A stretch of 64,000 nt of DNA from an uncultured Neglectibacter sp. (GTDB lineage Bacteria > Bacillota > Clostridia > Oscillospirales > Acutalibacteraceae), in the NCBI GenBank assembly GCA_904419785.1, contig CAJFSY010000001.1, positions 263,078 to 327,077 of the forward strand, written 5' to 3'. Made by a program: the position numbers and the translations under genes. The notes beneath the pieces were generated by a model, which did not search any database, was not told where the DNA came from, and saw only the letters and a program-made list of their open reading frames with translations. Of the stretch, positions 45,177 through 53,647 are shown piece by piece; position 1 is the first letter of the stretch; the number at the start of each line of letters is the position of its first letter.

Positions 45177-46202
45177 TTATTCATCCCGCATCAACACGGT
45201 AAGCATTTGGCTTACCTGGGCGCTGACATATTGCAGCACCGCCGTTACACGGGGATAATCCATACGCACCGGACCCAGAACCGCCAAAGCCCCGGCATCC
45301 TGCCCGTTCACTTGATAGCGTGACACCGCCAGAGAAGTTTTATCCAACTCCGGCCTGCCAAGTTCCCGACCGATCAAGATCGTCACCTGACCCGGCCTCT
45401 GCCGCAGTATCGCCGCCACATCTTCCCTGCGTTCGAGGAAATCCATCACCCGCCGGGCGCCGCCGTGCTCCAGCTCCGGATAAAACAACAGATTCATCTG
45501 GCCGCTCAAAAGCACCTCGGTACCCATGGTGTCCTTGGCAACTTCCAACAGCGCCCGCAAAGGCGCGCCTACCAGAACATACATCTGACCGAGAGACACT
45601 CCAACGCTCTGCAAAAATGCGGGGGTAATATCCGCCACATTCTTACCGGCTACCTTTCCATTGAACACCCGGAAAAACACCCGGAGAATATCGCTGGTCA
45701 GGTCAAAATCACAATGAAACACCCTGTTTTTCATGGTGCCCGTAGAACTCATCAAGATCAGCATGGCTGTACGCCGGCTGGTCTGCACGAACTGTACTGC
45801 CCGCACTTGGGCGGTATCCCCACTGGGGGTTGTAGCTACCGCAGCGCACCGGGTCACTCCGGAAAGCAGCCGGGAAGCCCGCAAAAGCAATCGCTCCGGA
45901 TCATACGAACCGGAAAGCAACATGGAATCAAAGGTGCGGCGCTCCTCTTCCGAAAGCTCGGGGACTTCCATCAACCGGTCCACATATTCCCGGTAGCCCC
46001 GCTGGGAAGGGACGCGCCCGGCAGAGGTATGGGGCTGCTCTAAAAGGCCCAACTCGATCAAATCGGCCATTTCGTTCCGAACAGTGGCCGAGGAAACCCC
46101 AACCTCTTCCGCAACCGCTTTGCTCCCCACGGGTTCGCCGCTTTTCACATACCCGGCAACCACGGAGGATAATATTCGTTCTTTCCGTGGCGTCAGTTCC
46201 AT
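45177..46202 (-). CDS. hrcA: Heat-inducible transcription repressor HrcA
   Basis: LTPRKERILSSVV...GEPVGSKAVAE wHTH N-terminus. It is the first gene of hrcA-grpE-dnaK-dnaJ, and CIRCE lies immediately upstream. ATG 46202 follows a GGAGGTGAAGGA SD. Confidence 0.92.
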   Translation of the reverse strand: MELTPRKERILSSVVAGYVKSGEPVGSKAVAEEVGVSSATVRNEMADLIELGLLEQPHTSAGRVPSQRGYREYVDRLMEVPELSEEERRTFDSMLLSGSYDPERLLLRASRLLSGVTRCAAVATTPSGDTAQVRAVQFVQTSRRTAMLILMSSTGTMKNRVFHCDFDLTSDILRVFFRVFNGKVAGKNVADITPAFLQSVGVSLGQMYVLVGAPLRALLEVAKDTMGTEVLLSGQMNLLFYPELEHGGARRVMDFLERREDVAAILRQRPGQVTILIGRELGRPELDKTSLAVSRYQVNGQDAGALAVLGPVRMDYPRVTAVLQYVSAQVSQMLTVLMRDE

Positions 46203-46225
46203 ATCCTTCACCTCCGCCGGTTGTT

Positions 46226-46252
46226 TTAGCACTCTTTTATTTCGAGTGCTAA
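46226..46252 (-). promoter_or_regulatory. CIRCE operator (HrcA binding site)
   Basis: ttagcactc-ttttatttc-gagtgctaa is a perfect match to TTAGCACTC-N9-GAGTGCTAA. Confidence 0.92.
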
Positions 46253-46263
46253 TCCATGTTTAT

Positions 46264-46292
46264 AATGTACCACTTAGGTCAGCAAAAGTCAA
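46264..46292 (-). promoter_or_regulatory. Sigma-A promoter candidate of the hrcA operon
   Basis: Minus strand reads TTGACT-N17-TACATT with a TGg extended -10 element. CIRCE begins 12 nt downstream of the -10. Confidence 0.6.
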
Positions 46293-46378
46293 GAATCATT
46301 TTGTAAATAGTTTATGAATGGCAGAATTTGCAGGCAAACAACAAAAGAAGCCGCTCTCAGGCGGCTCCTCTATCCTAT

Positions 46379-46972
46379 TCACGCATCCTCAATGACGATC
46401 CCCAAGGCAGAAAGCAGGTTCACCGCTTCCGGCAAGGAAAAGCGTGCCCCTTTCACTTGGTTTCCTTCCAAAGAAAACAGGTATTCCGTAGCGCCACGAA
46501 AATCGGCTCCTGTCAGATTATTCTGCAAAAAGGATGTTCCTTGAAGCTTGCATCCGGCAAAACTGGCCTTTTGCAAGTGGCATCCGTCAAAATAGCTGCC
46601 GGTCAGATCTGCCCCGGAAAAATCGAATTCTTTCAAGTCCAGCCCAAAAAACACGCAATGACGTAAAGAACATTCTTCAAAGCTATCGAATGGCAAAAAT
46701 CCCATTTCCCGTTTTCGCTCATCCAGAAGGGCGGACCAATCCACCCCAGAAAGATCACAGCGTGAAAAATCACAGGAAAGCATTTGGCTTCCCCGAAATT
46801 TTGGCGCCGCAATTTTACAATCCTCAAACCGGCAGCCCGAAAACTGGCAGTTCTTTATGGTGAGCTCTGTCAAGCGGCACTCTGAAAACACGCAATCCTC
46901 AAAAAGCAAGCCGGAAATTTCTTCCCCCGCCCGTTGGATTTTAGAAAACGACTCGCCGCAGTATTCCTTCAT
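46379..46972 (-). CDS. Pentapeptide-repeat protein (Qnr/MfpA-like architecture)
   Basis: About 197 aa of A(D/N)LxF-type pentapeptide repeats with a central interruption and a C-terminal LSALGIVIEDA tail. ATG 46972 follows a GAAAAGGGGGAG SD. Confidence 0.75.
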   Translation of the reverse strand: MKEYCGESFSKIQRAGEEISGLLFEDCVFSECRLTELTIKNCQFSGCRFEDCKIAAPKFRGSQMLSCDFSRCDLSGVDWSALLDERKREMGFLPFDSFEECSLRHCVFFGLDLKEFDFSGADLTGSYFDGCHLQKASFAGCKLQGTSFLQNNLTGADFRGATEYLFSLEGNQVKGARFSLPEAVNLLSALGIVIEDA

Positions 46973-47100
46973 AGATAACTCCCCCTTTTCATTTATTATA
47001 TCGAACCAGAAGCACATACGACAAGTTATTTCTAAATTCATTAATTGAATCATAGAAAAGCAAAGCGGAGTATACTAAAACAGCATACTAATATGGGCAT

Positions 47101-47130
47101 AAAAAAATCCCTTCACATACAGTGAAGGGA
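47101..47130 (-). terminator. Rho-independent terminator after the tRNA
   Basis: Stem tcccttcac / gtgaaggga followed by a 7-nt T-run on the minus strand. Confidence 0.7.
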
Positions 47131-47206
47131 TGGAGCTGGAGATCGGACTTGAACCGACGACCTGCTGATTACGAATCAGCTGCTCTACCGACTGAGCCAC
47201 TCCAGC
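47131..47206 (-). tRNA. tRNA-Thr (anticodon CGU), CCA encoded
   Basis: The reverse complement gctggagtggctcagtcggtagagcagctgattcgtaatcagcaggtcgtcggttcaagtccgatctccagctcca folds as a cloverleaf. It has a 7-bp acceptor stem, a D-arm (gctc/gagc), an anticodon arm (gctga-ttCGTaa-tcagc) and a T-arm (gtcgg-ttcaagt-ccgat). Confidence 0.9.
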
Positions 47207-47241
47207 ATATAAATTTTCTTTCGTTCTCGGAATGCTAAATT

Positions 47242-47270
47242 ATTATACAAGAAAACATGGTAGGAGTCAA
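47242..47270 (-). promoter_or_regulatory. Sigma-A promoter of the tRNA-Thr gene
   Basis: Minus strand reads TTGACT-N17-TATAAT with a TG extended -10 element, about 35 nt upstream of the mature 5' end. Confidence 0.65.
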
Positions 47271-47435
47271 GATAAAATTGCGCTTTTTTCCCATCGTGTT
47301 CTGTGGTATAATAAATTGTATATCGCTATGTGACAATGAAAATGTTAGAATTTCTGTATCTCTAACCTCCTGCGTTAGGGAAGGAGAATCGATCATAACA
47401 GTCCGGCTGGCGGACGCCTTTTCGGGAGATAAACT

Positions 47436-48413
47436 ATGAATTACACTTTACATATGGGCCTTTGGAGCAATGTGTTCGCTGTTCCGGCCATTTTAGTAGA
47501 CCAATATTTAAAACTGGCTGGAAAAGAACAGCTTCAAGTATTGCTCTGGATGCTGCGTCATGGTGGGGAACCTGTTTCACCAGAAGTCTTAGCGCAAGAA
47601 TTAGGCACCACTTTGGATAACATACTGGACGCGCTGGACTATTGGGCCCAGGAAGGGCTGCTAGCCTGCCAAGGCGAGAACCTCTCCCCCGCGCCAACGG
47701 TTCAAGCGGTTTCGCCCAACGTCTCGGCTCCTGCACCCTCTCAAGAAACACAACTGCCTCCCAAAAAGCGGTTGCTCAAACCGGACACCCATCATCTGGC
47801 CGCTCGGATGGGAGAATCGGAAGAAATACGCTTTCTCATGCAGGAGGCGGAGACCACCTTTGGAAAGACCATCTCCCCCGCTATGGCTTCCACACTGCTG
47901 ACTATCTGCGATGACTATGGCCTGCCTGTGGAAGTTGTGATCATGCTTTTGCACTACGCGAAAGACGTGGGAAAAACCGGAACAGCCTACATCGACTCCG
48001 TAGCCAGGGATTGGGCCGCCAGCGGAGTATTCACTTTAGAGGCCGCTGAAAACAAGCTGCAAGATTTAGACCAGCGCCGCCAAGCTTGGGCGAAGGTCCA
48101 GGCTTCGGCAGGGCTGCCTCGTCGGTCTCCCTCTAAAAAGGAAGAGGACGCCGCTTTCCGCTGGGTATACGAATGGAAATTCACCGTGGAAATGCTTTCT
48201 GCCGCCTACGAGCGCTGTGTAGACAACACAGGGAAATTCAATGTGAGCTACATCAACAAGATCTTGGAAGGATGGTATAAAAACGGTATACGCAATCTGC
48301 AAGATCTGGAAGCGCTGGACGCTAAAAAGCGGGAAGAACGGGAATCCGCCAAGAGCTATGACATTGAAGAACTAGAAAGAATGAGCTTTTTCGATCTGCC
48401 GGAGGAACTGTAA
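47436..48413 (+). CDS. DnaD-domain replication protein (DnaB/DnaD-like helicase-loading factor)
   Basis: N-terminal wHTH-like region and a C-terminal DnaD-type repeat (ISPAMASTLLTICDDYGLPVEVVIMLLHYA...YIDSVARDWAASGV). Confidence 0.75.
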   Translation: MNYTLHMGLWSNVFAVPAILVDQYLKLAGKEQLQVLLWMLRHGGEPVSPEVLAQELGTTLDNILDALDYWAQEGLLACQGENLSPAPTVQAVSPNVSAPAPSQETQLPPKKRLLKPDTHHLAARMGESEEIRFLMQEAETTFGKTISPAMASTLLTICDDYGLPVEVVIMLLHYAKDVGKTGTAYIDSVARDWAASGVFTLEAAENKLQDLDQRRQAWAKVQASAGLPRRSPSKKEEDAAFRWVYEWKFTVEMLSAAYERCVDNTGKFNVSYINKILEGWYKNGIRNLQDLEALDAKKREERESAKSYDIEELERMSFFDLPEEL

Positions 48414-48416
48414 ACC

Positions 48417-49406
48417 ATGGGATACGGAAATAAAACTTACCAAGCTGCCTGCCAGGAATTGGAACAGCGCAAACGCCAAGCGGAAGAACAAGCCGAGCTT
48501 GGAAGAGAACGTTTTTACGAGTTGTGCCCCAGAGCCAAAGAAATTCGGGAAGAGATGGCTCAAAATGCCGCCGGCGCCGCCAAAGCCGTACTGGCCGGCG
48601 GGGATGTCCGGGCGGAAATCACCCAAATGAAAGAACGGGGCCTGGCTTTAAAAGCGGAATTCAGCCAACTGCTGGAACAGCATCATTTTACCGAAGCGGA
48701 TGTGACCCCTCAATACCAATGCCTGCTTTGCCGGGACACAGGGTTCGTAGACGGGCGGATGTGCTCTTGTTTAAAAAATCTTCAACGCCGGATCGCTTAT
48801 GAAAAACTGAGCATGAGCGTCCCTTTGGAAAACTGCACGTTTGAGAGCTTTTCGCTGGACTACTTTAAAGACGATGACAAAACTCGCCGTCAGATGGAAA
48901 AAGTCTTTCGGGCCTGCCAAAGCTACGGCGAGAAATTCCGGGCGGATTCTCCCAGCCTGCTGTTCAAAGGAGGAACAGGCCTGGGCAAGACCCATTTGTC
49001 TCTTGCCATTGCTGGAAAAGCAATCGAAAAAGGCTTTGGGGTGATCTATGGCTCGGCCCAGACGTTCGCAGTAGCGTTAGAACGGGAACGTTTTGACCGG
49101 GACATGCCTGAGGATGGCGACACCAACGCGCAGCTGATCGAATGCGACCTGCTAATTTTAGACGACCTGGGAACGGAATTCCCCTCCGCTTATGTGAACG
49201 CCGCTTTGTATAATATTGTCAACAACCGGATGCTGGCGGACAAACCCACCATCATCAGCACCAACCTCTCCCTGAAAGAGTTGGAAGAACGGTATTCTCA
49301 GCGGTTCGCTTCACGTGTGACCGGTTACTATGGCAAATTGGACTTCGTGGGCCGGGATGTACGGATACAAAAACGGCTGCGGAAAACACAGAAAAAACAA
49401 GCATAA
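48417..49406 (+). CDS. DnaI/DnaC-type AAA+ helicase loader
   Basis: N-terminal Cys cluster (CLLCRDTGF...CSC), Walker A (GGTGLGKTHL) and Walker B (LLILDDLGTE). Confidence 0.85.
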   Translation: MGYGNKTYQAACQELEQRKRQAEEQAELGRERFYELCPRAKEIREEMAQNAAGAAKAVLAGGDVRAEITQMKERGLALKAEFSQLLEQHHFTEADVTPQYQCLLCRDTGFVDGRMCSCLKNLQRRIAYEKLSMSVPLENCTFESFSLDYFKDDDKTRRQMEKVFRACQSYGEKFRADSPSLLFKGGTGLGKTHLSLAIAGKAIEKGFGVIYGSAQTFAVALERERFDRDMPEDGDTNAQLIECDLLILDDLGTEFPSAYVNAALYNIVNNRMLADKPTIISTNLSLKELEERYSQRFASRVTGYYGKLDFVGRDVRIQKRLRKTQKKQA

Positions 49407-49411
49407 TAATT

Positions 49412-49444
49412 AGGGCCTTCCTCCCATCATCGGAGAAAGGCCCT
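49412..49444. terminator. Bidirectional hairpin terminator between convergent genes
   Basis: Stem agggcctt / aaggccct, followed by gatttta. Confidence 0.55.
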
Positions 49445-49875
49445 GATTTTATGGTTTTTGATCTTTTGAAGAATCTTCTTTTTTGCCTGGGAAACGCTTT
49501 GCCAGCTCTTTGGAAAGAGGACCGGAAAGGAAACACACCAGCACAAAGAACATCATTGCCAGCATAGCCGGCACAAAAGAAGCGTTTCCGTTTTGGAACA
49601 CGATTCCGCCGGAAGGACTGCCATTCCCACCGCCTGAGCCGTTTGTTTGGTCCATTATGCCGCCTGCGGCCACGGCGCTTTCTTCTTTAGAAGTCGTTTC
49701 GGAAACCGTTTCGTTTCTTTCAGGCTCTTCTATGCTACTGCTTTTGGAAATGACTGAATCATCCTTTTTCGATGTATCATTCTGGTCGTCACTGGGCACC
49801 GAACCCTTTTCCTCTCGGTACACGGTCACCTGATAGAGATTCTTGGTCTCTCCATCTTCCGCCGTTACAGTAATT

Positions 49876-50288
49876 GTAAACAGCGTATCGCTGCCGCCTG
49901 CTCCTAAATTTTTACGGTTTACGCGGTAAGATGCCCCTTCCACCGGCTGGGCGGTAAAGGTCATGGATGTCACCTAAAGGTCATGGATGTCACCTCATAC
50001 GGGACCGTTACATTATAAGAAAACTGTGCAGGGTCAAAGTCGGGAGTCAATACACCAGATGAAGGAACTAACGACAGCAACCGTGCATCGTTGTTAAGCG
50101 AGGATGATTCCTCCTCTTCCTTCTCATTTCGATGGACTGTTACATGATATTCTGATTTTGTTTCTCCATCTTCCGCTGTCACGGTGATGGTAAACAGCGT
50201 ATCGCTGCCGCCTGCTCCTAAATTTTTACGGTTTACGCGGTAAGATGCCCCTTCCACCGGCTGGGCGGTAAAGGTCATGGATGTCACC
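49876..50288 (-). repeat. 99-bp perfect direct repeat pair within the surface-protein gene
   Basis: 49876..49974 and 50190..50288 are identical base for base (gtaaacagcg...ggatgtcacc). A third, diverged copy lies near 50440..50540. Confidence 0.9.
49956..49995 (-). repeat. 20-bp perfect tandem duplication (aaaggtcatggatgtcacct x2)
   Basis: 49956..49975 and 49976..49995 are identical. The paralogous site at 50270..50288 carries a single copy. Confidence 0.95.
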
Positions 50289-51350
50289 GAAAACTGTGCA
50301 GAGTCAAAGTCGGGAGTCAATGCGCCAGATGAAGGGACCAGGGACAACAAACGGGCGTCATCGCTAAAAACCGGCTCTTCCTTTTCCTCGCGATGAACCG
50401 TAACTTGGTATTGATTTTTCGTTTCACCGTCTTCCGCTGTGACAGTGATCAAAAACAGGGTGTCGCTTCCTCCAGCGCCCAAATTCTTCCGGTTCACCCT
50501 GCACAAAGCGCCCGCCACCGGTTCCGCGGTAAAAGTGATTGCTTCCACCTCATAGGGAACAGTCATGGAATAGGTGAACCGGTCCGGGTGGAACTCCGGC
50601 TCCAAAGTGCCATGGTCAGGGACTAAAGAAAGCAGCCTTGCGTCACTGCTGGGCGGCTGGGGAACTGTAAACGACAAAGACACGTCCACATCACCAAAAA
50701 TAAGTTCAGGTTCTGGCCCGGCGATCTCAAAAACCGAAGCGAACAGCGAATGCGCGCCCGGCTCGGCATCCTCTTTCACCCGAAACCGGTACACGATGGT
50801 TTCACCTTCTGTTAAATAAGGGCCCTTTCCCTTAGAAGTATAGACACTGGCCACCAGCCCCGGCTCAGGGATGGTTGTGACGAAGCCTTCCTGGATGATC
50901 TCACTATACTGGGGTCGTAGATACTCAAGCACAGCGGTATCGTATTCCAATTCCACACGAAAAGCCGCTACTTCCCCTAAAGAACCGTCGTAAGGAAAAG
51001 AAACTTCCACCACCGAACCGGGAACCACTTCCTCCTCTGTAGTGAGGGACGGGGAAAAGCCGGAAGCCTGTGCGGCCAAACCATATAAAAACGTCAGAGC
51101 GACGCAGGACATCAAGCATACCGCCAGCTTTAACCCTTTCATACGCTCCCGCCTCCCCGTCGAAACTTGTCGAATTTGCAGGATTATTATACCACAAGAT
51201 TTTCTGTTTTGAGATAATATTTTTATATTTTACCTATTCAATGTTAAGCGGTGCCACGGAATTTCTTGTTTTTGTCCGGTGGACAGTTGACAGAAAGGGC
51301 TTGTTCGTTTACCATTATCAAAGACAGATTTGAAAACGGGTGGTCATACC

Positions 51351-52127
51351 ATGGGCGAGAACAACAGCATCTTAGAGCTCTCCTTTCAAATGGGAGAGAC
51401 TTTACTGCGCAACGGCGCGGAAATTTCCCGGGTACAAGAAACCATGGAACGGGTGGCGCGAGCTTATCACGTAGAACGTTTTAACGTTTACGTTTTGACG
51501 AACGCTATTTTCGCGGTAGGCATGGAACAGGGCCAGGAACGTTCGGTAGAACTTCGTCATGTTCCCAGCACTACCACACATTTGGGGCGTATCTGCGCGG
51601 TAAACCAGTTATCCCGAGAGATCGCTCAAGGATGTTACACTGTGGAAGAAGCCTTTCAAGTTCTTAAAAAAGCCCAGGATATCCCCTATTCCCCTCTGCC
51701 GTTGGCCACGTTGGCCTGCGGAGTGGGAAGCGCTTGTTTCAGTTATCTATTTGGCGGTGATGGTTTTGACGCCCTTACCGCTTTTTTCTGCGGCTTGGCG
51801 CTGGAACTATTCCTTTATTGGGTGGGGAAACACAACATGTCCAAATTTTTGACCAACCTATCCGCCAGCGCGCTGGTCACCTCCCTGGGGGCGCTGCTGC
51901 TCTTGTGCGGATTGGGACACGACATGGACATGATCATTATCGGTTCCATCATCCGCCTGGTGCCCGGAGTTGCCTTGACCACCTCTATCCGTGACTTTTT
52001 TCACGGGGATTATCTCAGCGGCGCAATCCGGATGCTAGACGCGGTGTTGGTAGGCGGGTGCATCGCCATGGGAGTGGGCGTTGTGGTCCGAATTTTATCT
52101 ATGCTGACCGGAGGTGCTCTGCTGTGA
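51351..52127 (+). CDS. Threonine/serine exporter family protein (ThrE / DUF1212-type)
   Basis: LLRNGAEISRVQETMERV N-terminal motif and a multi-TM C-terminal half. ATG 51351. Confidence 0.78.
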   Translation: MGENNSILELSFQMGETLLRNGAEISRVQETMERVARAYHVERFNVYVLTNAIFAVGMEQGQERSVELRHVPSTTTHLGRICAVNQLSREIAQGCYTVEEAFQVLKKAQDIPYSPLPLATLACGVGSACFSYLFGGDGFDALTAFFCGLALELFLYWVGKHNMSKFLTNLSASALVTSLGALLLLCGLGHDMDMIIIGSIIRLVPGVALTTSIRDFFHGDYLSGAIRMLDAVLVGGCIAMGVGVVVRILSMLTGGALL

Positions 52128-52603
52128 TAGATCTTCCCATGCTGCTCAACTGGGGTTTTCAAACCGCAGTTGCTTTTATTTCGACCATTGCTTTCGCCAT
52201 CATCTTCCACACCCCCCGCCGCGAATATCTTTTCTGCGGTATTACCGGGGGTTTGGGATGGCTGGTATATCTGATTTGCATGGATTTTCACACTGGGGTG
52301 GTTACCGCTTCTTTTTTTGCCACTGTGGCTTTGGCCTGGGCATCCCGCAGCTTCTCTTTTTACCGGAAAGCCCCAGTGACAATATTTCTCATTACCGGGA
52401 TTTTCCCCCTGGTACCCGGCGCGGGAATCTACTACACTGGCTACCATCTCTTTATGAGCGACAACTCCCAGGGACTTTTGAAAGGGCTTGAAACGATTAA
52501 GATCGCCGTGGCTATCGCTTTGGGCATTGGCATTGTTTTATCCCTGCCCGCTTTTTTCTTCACCCTGCGCAGGGCTCCGAAAGGCCCTGGACAGCGTTCT
52601 TGA
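52124..52603 (+). CDS. Threonine/serine exporter family protein (ThrE_2 / DUF3815-type small subunit)
   Basis: Four to five TM helices. GTG 52124 overlaps the upstream stop (GTGA). The alternative start is ATG 52139. Confidence 0.7.
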   Translation: MIDLPMLLNWGFQTAVAFISTIAFAIIFHTPRREYLFCGITGGLGWLVYLICMDFHTGVVTASFFATVALAWASRSFSFYRKAPVTIFLITGIFPLVPGAGIYYTGYHLFMSDNSQGLLKGLETIKIAVAIALGIGIVLSLPAFFFTLRRAPKGPGQRS

Positions 52604-52616
52604 AAGGAGGAATCCC

Positions 52617-53606
52617 ATGCCCAGGGAAGAAGTGACCATTGGAAAAAACGACGGGGGCCAACGGGTGGATAAGTTTCTCACAAAAGCTTATCCCAACCTG
52701 CCCCAATCTATGCTTTATAAATGCATCCGAAAAAAGGACATCAAAGTAAACGGCCAGCGGTGCCAGATTTCTACCCGGCTGCAGGAAGGGGACATAATTT
52801 CTCTTTTCTTAAAAGAAGAATTCTTCCAAAAAGAAGAGCGGCCAGAAGATTTTTTGAAAGCCCCTAAGAAGCTTTCCATCCTCTATGAGGATGAAAACCT
52901 TCTGTTGCTGGATAAGAAACCGGGCTTGATCGTCCATCCGGATGAAAACTATCACTTTGATTCTTTGATTGCCCGTGTGCAACATTATCTTTATGATAAG
53001 GGAGAATTTGACCCCAAAGCGGAAAACGCCTTTGCCCCCGCCTTGGTAAACCGTATCGACCGCAACACCGGCGGCATTGTGATGGCGGCAAAAAACGCGG
53101 AAGCGCTGCGTATTTTGAACCAAAAGGTCAAAGACAGGGAAATGCACAAATTCTACCTGTGCGTGGTGTGCGGCCGTCTGCGTAAAAAAGAGGACCTGCT
53201 GACCGGCTACTTAGAAAAGAACGAGGCGCAAAACCGGGTTTATGTTTCCAAAAAGCCCAAAGAAGGTGCAAAGACGATCCGCACCCGCTACCGTGTATTA
53301 GAAGAAAAACGGGACTTTTCACTGGTGGAGGTAGAACTTCTAACAGGGCGCACTCATCAAATCCGGGCGCATTTCGCCTCGATCGGCCATCCTTTGGCAG
53401 GGGACGGAAAATACGGCAAAAACGCTGTAAACAAAGGCACTGGTTTCCCCTATCAAGCGTTGTATTCTTACAAACTGCGGTTTGATTTTCAAACAGACGG
53501 CGGGCTGCTTTCTTATTTGGATGGGAAAGAGTTTACCGCTGGGGAGGTATGGTTCCTGCCCGAATTTGAAGCGATGCCGGGCCTTTCTGAGATACCCGCG
53601 ACTTAA
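52617..53606 (+). CDS. RluA-family 23S rRNA pseudouridine synthase with an S4 domain
   Basis: S4-like N-terminus (QRVDKFLTKAYP...IRKKDIKVNG), catalytic LVNRIDRNTGGIVM and the HQIRAH motif. AAAGGAGG SD before ATG 52617. Confidence 0.88.
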   Translation: MPREEVTIGKNDGGQRVDKFLTKAYPNLPQSMLYKCIRKKDIKVNGQRCQISTRLQEGDIISLFLKEEFFQKEERPEDFLKAPKKLSILYEDENLLLLDKKPGLIVHPDENYHFDSLIARVQHYLYDKGEFDPKAENAFAPALVNRIDRNTGGIVMAAKNAEALRILNQKVKDREMHKFYLCVVCGRLRKKEDLLTGYLEKNEAQNRVYVSKKPKEGAKTIRTRYRVLEEKRDFSLVEVELLTGRTHQIRAHFASIGHPLAGDGKYGKNAVNKGTGFPYQALYSYKLRFDFQTDGGLLSYLDGKEFTAGEVWFLPEFEAMPGLSEIPAT

Positions 53607-53647
53607 TGAAAATACGCCCCATCCGGGCAGAATTTGGAAGTGACTTC

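Larger units (their letters stand above)
49449..51142 (-). pseudogene. Cell-surface protein gene (signal peptide, cohesin-like domain, three cadherin-like beta-sandwich repeats, Ser/Thr linker, C-terminal TM anchor) split by a 20-bp tandem duplication
   Basis: ORFs 49970..51142 (390 aa) and 49449..49973 (174 aa) are consecutive parts of one repeat protein. The first ends ...PYEVTSMTFR* and the second starts MTSMTFTAQPVEG. Removing one copy of the duplicated 20-mer restores a single frame. Confidence 0.6.

Noticed and set aside
47436-49406. DnaD plus DnaC-like pair next to a tRNA, considered as a prophage or ICE remnant
   Set aside because: I found no integrase, excisionase, capsid or conjugation genes, and no direct repeat of the tRNA 3' end. 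Such pairs are also the chromosomal helicase-loading genes of Firmicutes. I treated the pair as core, though a mobile origin cannot be fully excluded without comparative data.
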